Below, piece after piece: positions 35,441 to 40,000 of a stretch of 40,000 nt of DNA (position 1 is its first letter; every line of letters starts with the position of its first letter). This stretch comes from Shewanella fodinae (lineage in GTDB: Bacteria > Pseudomonadota > Gammaproteobacteria > Enterobacterales > Shewanellaceae). The notes beneath the pieces are model-generated. The model had not been told where the DNA came from. It saw only the letters and a list, made by a program, of their open reading frames with translations, and ran no database searches. The stretch is taken from NCBI RefSeq assembly GCF_014651955.1, contig NZ_BMXW01000005.1:18333-58332 (forward strand), in the 5' to 3' direction. A program made the translations under genes and the position numbers.

Positions 35441-35516
35441 ACATATTATGTCAACAATACAACCTACCTTAGCGAATTCGGCACTAGATGCAAGATTTAT
35501 TTGACATATTATGTCT
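35441..35516. promoter_or_regulatory. Two identical 13-bp palindromes GACATATTATGTC, 63 bp apart, in the CPBP gene promoter region (candidate operators)
   Basis: aaGACATATTATGTCaa at 35441-35453 and ttGACATATTATGTCtt at 35504-35516. Each has arms GACAT/ATGTC. Confidence 0.5.
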
Positions 35517-35526
35517 TAAAACACCT

Positions 35527-35565
35527 AAAAAAATAGCCACCGACAGCAAGCTATCTGTGGCTATA
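35527..35565 (-). terminator. Rho-independent terminator of the cytochrome b561 gene
   Basis: On the minus strand, ATAGCCAC-(16-nt loop)-GTGGCTAT is followed by TTTTTTT. Confidence 0.6.
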
Positions 35566-35586
35566 TTGATATAGGCTTGCAACCAG

Positions 35587-36150
35587 TTATTGCTTATGAC
35601 CCGGCAGCATCGACTGCAAGGTGTCATCTTTATCAATAAAGTAATGTTTCAGCGCAAAGCCTACGTGACCCACAATCACTACCAACAAGGTATATGCTAA
35701 CACACTGTGAATGGTAGAAATGTATGGCACCAAATCTGGGGATTTAGGCAGTAATGGTGGAATGGTGAACAGACCAGCCACCGGAATAGGATAACCTGCG
35801 GCAGAACTATATGCCCAGCCAACAACCGGCACTAATACCATCAGCAGATACAACAGATGATGCCCGGCATGCGCGGCCTTTATCATCATTGGGCTCATAC
35901 CTGTCAGCGCTGGCGGCCGATGAGTCACGCGCCAAATGATACGCAGCACAATCAAGAATAAGCTGATGGTAGCAATCGACTTATGCAAGGTGATGGTGTC
36001 ACTTTTTTGCAGGTCGTGCGCCGCATCAATACCATATGACAAAAACAGCCCTGAATAGGCGCCGATTGCCATAGCCGTTAAAATTACAATTGCCATCGCC
36101 CAATGCAGCGCTTTGGCAGTTCCAGTATATGATCTGTTTTGAGTTGCCAT
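35587..36150 (-). CDS. Cytochrome b561 (CybB-family) membrane protein
   Basis: 187 aa with four TM segments. Conserved His residues include AKALHWAMAI and HAGHHLLYLL. The size and pattern match the Ni_hydr_CYTB/cyt b561 family. Confidence 0.8.
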   Translation of the reverse strand: MATQNRSYTGTAKALHWAMAIVILTAMAIGAYSGLFLSYGIDAAHDLQKSDTITLHKSIATISLFLIVLRIIWRVTHRPPALTGMSPMMIKAAHAGHHLLYLLMVLVPVVGWAYSSAAGYPIPVAGLFTIPPLLPKSPDLVPYISTIHSVLAYTLLVVIVGHVGFALKHYFIDKDDTLQSMLPGHKQ

Positions 36151-36285
36151 GAGGTGTTCTCTATAAGTTATTAGCTAATGCTGATAATAAACTCTTTTTT
36201 AACAATTAAAATGCCAATAAATCGCAGCAATTAATGCATATTTTCGATAATTTCAATGTGTCCTAATAAAGAAACCCTATCGAGT

Positions 36286-37062
36286 TCACCTAAGCATCGG
36301 CTGTCGATAACTACGCCAGATGAATATCCCGCCTAATAGAATAAATGGAATACTCAGCCACTGACCGACACTCATCCAATCCGCAGCATAGGCTGCCTGC
36401 GGTGTTTTGACATATTCCAAGAGGAAACGGCTACCGAAAACCAACACCATAAAAATGCCGAAACTGAAGCCTCGTTTTGGGAAACCATTACGGCGATAAA
36501 GCATTAGCAACAAGATAAAAATCAACAGGTAGCTAGCGGCTTCATAAAGTTGCACCGGATGTCTTGGCAAATTATCGATCCTCTCGAACACTACGCCCCA
36601 GTGACCATGAGTTGGCAATCCCACGATCTCTGAATTCATGAAATTGCCAAGGCGGATAAAACAAGCGGTAAGCGCCGTAGGCACCACCAATCGGTCCAAT
36701 AACCACAGCAAATCAATTTGGGAATGTTTTCGCACAAATAACCAAATCGCCAAAATGACCCCCACCGTGCCACCGTGACTAGCCAAACCACCACGCCAGA
36801 TTTTCAAGATCTCTATTGGGTGTGCAAAATAGAAAGCCGGATCATAAAAGATCACATGGCCCAACCGCGCACCGATGATGGCTCCGGCAAAAATATACAA
36901 CAGGAGATTATCAAGGGGCTCAGTGTCGAAACCTTCTCGAACACAAATCCACTGCATCAGGCGATAACCCAACAAAAATCCCCCAACAAAAAACAGTCCA
37001 TACCAATGCACTGCAATGGGTCCAAAATGTACCAATATCGGATTGAGATTCCAGTCGATCAT
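36286..37062 (-). CDS. lgt: Phosphatidylglycerol:prolipoprotein diacylglyceryl transferase (Lgt), short form
   Basis: ORF 36286..37101 trimmed to MIDWNLNPILVHFGP (ATG is the complement of 37060-37062, with GGAG 6 nt upstream). This gives 259 aa. Lgt signatures are present: HWYGLFFVGGFLLGY, WRGGLASHGG and IRLGNFMNSE. Confidence 0.85.
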   Translation of the reverse strand: MIDWNLNPILVHFGPIAVHWYGLFFVGGFLLGYRLMQWICVREGFDTEPLDNLLLYIFAGAIIGARLGHVIFYDPAFYFAHPIEILKIWRGGLASHGGTVGVILAIWLFVRKHSQIDLLWLLDRLVVPTALTACFIRLGNFMNSEIVGLPTHGHWGVVFERIDNLPRHPVQLYEAASYLLIFILLLMLYRRNGFPKRGFSFGIFMVLVFGSRFLLEYVKTPQAAYAADWMSVGQWLSIPFILLGGIFIWRSYRQPMLR

Positions 37063-37220
37063 TGTCGCTCCATCAAAATGCTTTGCCGCGAAGCGTAACA
37101 CTCTTCACGGGACACTGGCACACCTCGTGAAAAATTTCATAAACTTAGCACGTTCCCGTCGGCACGGGACTGACGCTGGAGTCGGCCAAACACGAATGAT
37201 AGACTTGGGCCACTCTCGTT

Positions 37221-38309
37221 ATGCCACAGGGCTTCACAGTGTCAACTTCTGGACAACCGCGACTTTCTCCTTTAAAAATCCTACTATCCCTGCTGTTCTG
37301 CATCGCCATTATCTTTGGCTTGCGGCACTATTCTGCATCACCACAACTACAAAAAATAGAAGGATACGCGCAGGGCACGACTTATCACATCAGTTGGTGG
37401 TCCGAAAAAATGGTGCCAACGCAAGATATTGAACAAGCGTTTAATGCCACATTGGCACAGATTGATGCAGAGCTATCCACCTATCGGGATGACTCCTATA
37501 TTTCCAAACTCAATCACAGCAGCTCAACCGACTGGCAGCCAGCGTCAGCCGACTTTATTCAGTTGATAGAGATTGCCAAGGATATCAATCATAAAACCGG
37601 CGGTTGTTATGACCCAACGATCGGCCCATTATTCAACCTGTGGGGTTTTCAGAAAGATGAATTCAATCTGCCTACAGCCGCTGAAATTGCGTCCATCAAA
37701 GCCGAAATTGGCATGGACAAGATAGAAATTGATCATACTGGTCAACGTATCCGCAAGACCCTGCCAGGGCTGCAGTTAAACTTTTCCTCTATGGGAGAAG
37801 GCTACAGCATCAGCAAACTCGCCGCCGTGTTGGAAAACCATCACATCACCAACTATCTGGTGGAATTTGGCGGAGATATGAAAATTCGCGGGCATAAACC
37901 GGACGGTAAAAAGTGGCGCATAGCGATTGATCGCCCTGACAAACAAGATGATGAACGACAACCCTACAGTATCATCACCACCAATGATGAAAATGGAGTG
38001 ACCTTAGACACTTCTGGAACTTATCGGCATCACTTTGACGAAAACGGCAAAGAATACTCCCATATTCTGGATCCACGCACCGGAGCACCAGTCACCCACA
38101 ATCTGGTATCCGCCTCCGTTTTTGGGACGGACGCTAGAGTCAGCGATGCCTGGGCCACCGCCATGTTGTGTCTGGGGCCAAATGCCGGCCAGCAAGTTGC
38201 CAAAGCACAACAATTGGAAGTGTTCTTTATTGAGCATGATAAAGACGCTTTTCACAATAGCAAAAGTGCTGCTCTAACGGCTAGCAAGCGTGTCAAATTT
38301 GAGAATTAA
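37221..38309 (+). CDS. apbE: FAD:protein FMN transferase (ApbE family)
   Basis: 362 aa with an N-terminal membrane anchor and no canonical lipobox. ApbE motifs are present: GTTYHISWW, FNLWGF, SSMGEGYSISK, TSGTYRHHF, HILDPRTGAP and SDAWATAM. No SD is visible, so the start is somewhat uncertain. Confidence 0.88.
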   Translation: MPQGFTVSTSGQPRLSPLKILLSLLFCIAIIFGLRHYSASPQLQKIEGYAQGTTYHISWWSEKMVPTQDIEQAFNATLAQIDAELSTYRDDSYISKLNHSSSTDWQPASADFIQLIEIAKDINHKTGGCYDPTIGPLFNLWGFQKDEFNLPTAAEIASIKAEIGMDKIEIDHTGQRIRKTLPGLQLNFSSMGEGYSISKLAAVLENHHITNYLVEFGGDMKIRGHKPDGKKWRIAIDRPDKQDDERQPYSIITTNDENGVTLDTSGTYRHHFDENGKEYSHILDPRTGAPVTHNLVSASVFGTDARVSDAWATAMLCLGPNAGQQVAKAQQLEVFFIEHDKDAFHNSKSAALTASKRVKFEN

Positions 38310-38438
38310 GCTGATTATTTTCAAATAATTAAAAAAATTTCGTCACTGTATTTTGATCATGGAACGAAACCAAGATAGGCACTAGCAAGGTGTGAAATGG
38401 CTGGCTATACTGGCGATGGTTATTTATCAATCAAAGGA

Positions 38439-39008
38439 ATGAAAATGTTCAGACTTGCAGCCCTGGCGTTCCTGACACTCAGCTGTTTTGCTGTCGAGGC
38501 GAATGATGTCACCGATGCTATCAACAATGCTTCAAAACACTATCAGGCCGGAGAATTATCCCAAGCCGCCGCCCAACTTGATTATGCGGCAACGCTGATA
38601 CGGCAGCAAAAAGCGGCTGAAGTCGTCAAAGCATTTCCCGATGCTCCCACTGGCTGGCAAGCACGGGATGCTGACACTAATGTTGCCGCTGGTGCGGTGT
38701 TGGGTGGCGGCATTAGTGTGTCACGCAATTACTATAACGATCAGCACAGCGTTGATATTGAGATGCTGCTAGATTCGCCCATGTTGCAGGCGTTTACCGC
38801 GATGCTAAGTAATCCTTCGGTGATCGTCATGTCAGGCGGCAAGCTGGTAAAAGTGCAGGGATTAAACGCGGTACAAAAAACTGAAGGCGATCAGTTTGAA
38901 CTGCAGTTTGTCACCCACAGTAACGCCATGATAACCCTTAGAGGCGACACCGCGGCGCAGTCCGTTATTGAACAGTTGGCCAATGCTATCAATCTTAAAC
39001 AACTGTAA
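38439..39008 (+). CDS. Hypothetical secreted protein
   Basis: ORF 38397..39008 trimmed to MKMFRLAALAFLTLSCFAVEA|ND, a signal peptide with an AxA cleavage site. The start is ATG 38439 or 38445, after AAAGGA. I recognise no family. Confidence 0.55.
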   Translation: MKMFRLAALAFLTLSCFAVEANDVTDAINNASKHYQAGELSQAAAQLDYAATLIRQQKAAEVVKAFPDAPTGWQARDADTNVAAGAVLGGGISVSRNYYNDQHSVDIEMLLDSPMLQAFTAMLSNPSVIVMSGGKLVKVQGLNAVQKTEGDQFELQFVTHSNAMITLRGDTAAQSVIEQLANAINLKQL

Positions 39009-39015
39009 ACTACCC

Positions 39016-39375
39016 TTAATCCGCAGCAACACTTGGATTAAACACGTTGAGATTTAGTGGCTTAGGGTTCCCCAGCCAGAAGATGTGCTGGGTATGATCA
39101 TGATAATGTGCGCCGGTCACCGCATGGATCATTACCGAAAGTCCTCTGCGATGCCGATCCATCCAGGGGACAAACTGAGGAAATTCAGCCTGGGTAAATG
39201 CGGTTTCAAAACTCCAACACAAATGCGGTCCCACCAAACGGGTATTAAACGGACCAACCGGTAAGCCCAATTCATGACTGATGGTATAACGCAGTTCGGC
39301 CGCAAACTCCTGTGTCGTTTCATCGAAATATAAATGAGCATGATAATGTGCAAACTCGTTCGCTGGAATTGTCAT
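39016..39375 (-). CDS. DOPA 4,5-dioxygenase-family protein (PF08883-like)
   Basis: ORF 39016..39459 trimmed to MTIPANEFAHYHAHLYFD (ATG is the complement of 39373-39375, with AAGGAG 6 nt upstream). This gives 119 aa. HAHLYFD...VGPH...SFE...GLSVMIHAVTG...DH...WLG matches my memory of this family. Confidence 0.65.
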   Translation of the reverse strand: MTIPANEFAHYHAHLYFDETTQEFAAELRYTISHELGLPVGPFNTRLVGPHLCWSFETAFTQAEFPQFVPWMDRHRRGLSVMIHAVTGAHYHDHTQHIFWLGNPKPLNLNVFNPSVAAD

Positions 39376-39765
39376 AACGGCTCCTTGCAGCAAGAATTGC
39401 GCTGCCCACGACCACGCTTGTACAAAATTATTCAGGCGCTTTAACAGATTAAAGCGCAATTTTTACGATAAAGCATGCTGATAGTTATCGATTTTGCGGT
39501 GGCAAATCACACCACCTACTAGATTTTTGAAACAAACAGCAACACTTAAGCCTGCCTAGCGTCCGGTTTGTGCCTTTAAAAGCGTTTTTCCGCCGTGTAT
39601 GTTGTATCAGTTGCCGCTGATACTGGCGTCGATACCAACGACCCTCAATAATAAAGGTCAAAATCCAGCCACAGCGCCGGAACTAACAATAATTTTTTTG
39701 CCGGACACCGGCACTGAAAAGAGGCGCCGAAATGAGCGCCCGACAACAAGAAGAAAGGAGCTCCC

Positions 39766-40000
39766 AGTGAATAACTCTGCCGTCAAGGCCGCTGTTCTCA
39801 GCGTGCTAATGGGTGCGGCCGGGTCTGCTTTTGCCGATATTCCGGCACCAGTGGATCAAGCCTACCCTGGTACCCTTAAACTCAAGGTGGACGCCACCGA
39901 CCTGTCACATCGTATTTTTAATATCAGCGAAGTGATCCCCGCCAAACCTGGACCATTAACGTTACTGTATCCGTCGTGGATCCCTGGTCACCATTCACCT
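39766..40000 (+). CDS. Secreted M61-family (glycyl aminopeptidase-like) peptidase, N-terminal fragment; continues beyond the window end
   Basis: Not in the ORF track because it runs off the edge. The GTG at 39766 follows AAAGGAG. Translation gives VNNSAVKAAVLSVLMGAAGSAFA|DIPAPVDQAYPGTLKLKVDATDLSHRIFNISEVIPAKPGPLTLLYPSWIPGHHSP. The ...DATD...R.F...LLYP.WIPG.H pattern is as I recall for M61 N-termini. Confidence 0.5.

Noticed and set aside
1-40000. I looked for tRNA/rRNA genes, CRISPR arrays, IS elements, integrases, phage genes and toxin-antitoxin pairs.
   Set aside because: I saw none of the following: cloverleaf-like or rRNA-like sequence in the intergenic regions, regularly spaced repeats, transposase/integrase-like ORFs or terminal inverted repeats. 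The only large repeat is the diverged hydN-fdhF duplication. A low-similarity element could escape inspection by eye.

Overview
This 40-kb chromosomal window comes from a gammaproteobacterium. The gene content (an OmcA/MtrC-type decaheme lipoprotein plus a Hyf hydrogenase) suggests a Shewanella-like facultative anaerobe, but that is inference only. I can support 35 protein-coding genes. Two of them run off the window edges and are therefore absent from the ORF track. I found no rRNA or tRNA genes, no CRISPR array, and no transposase or integrase. The centre of the window (16448-33883) is a formate-hydrogenlyase regulon. It holds a tightly coupled minus-strand hyfABCDEFGHIJ-hycI operon of the Hyf/FHL-2 type (19382-30684). 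This is followed directly by a hydN-fdhF module with its own upstream signals. That fdhF is a selenoprotein gene, with an in-frame TGA at codon 140 and an fdhF-type SECIS hairpin, and the ORF track splits it into two ORFs. The sigma-54 activator gene fhlA lies divergent to the operon. Three points stand out. (i) A second, diverged hydN-fdhF module 12 kb away (2072-4814) has Cys (TGT) at codon 140 and a decayed SECIS, giving a Sec/Cys isoenzyme pair. (ii) Both modules keep an identical 29-bp upstream element containing the inverted repeat TCGACA-N4-TGTCGA. It sits about 100 bp upstream of a shared TGGC(A/T)T-N5-ATGT -24/-12-like box, in leaders that are otherwise diverged. (iii) The hyfA-fhlA spacer is 1.1 kb and has no convincing gene. 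It holds a textbook TGGCAC-N5-TTGC sigma-54 promoter aimed at fhlA about 690 nt downstream, related TCGACA/TGACAG motifs, an 11-bp tandem duplication and a Cys-rich 21-codon micro-ORF. I see no canonical sigma-54 promoter for hyfA itself. Elsewhere there is an orphan OmcA-type decaheme lipoprotein gene whose collagen-like Gly-X-Y linker is built from 9-bp tandem repeats, next to 1.25 kb of extremely AT-rich ORF-free DNA. There is also a divergent lgt/apbE pair beside a cytochrome b561 gene, and twin 13-bp palindromes in front of a CPBP protease gene. All functional calls rest on my reading of translated motifs and remembered family signatures. No database search or folding program was available.
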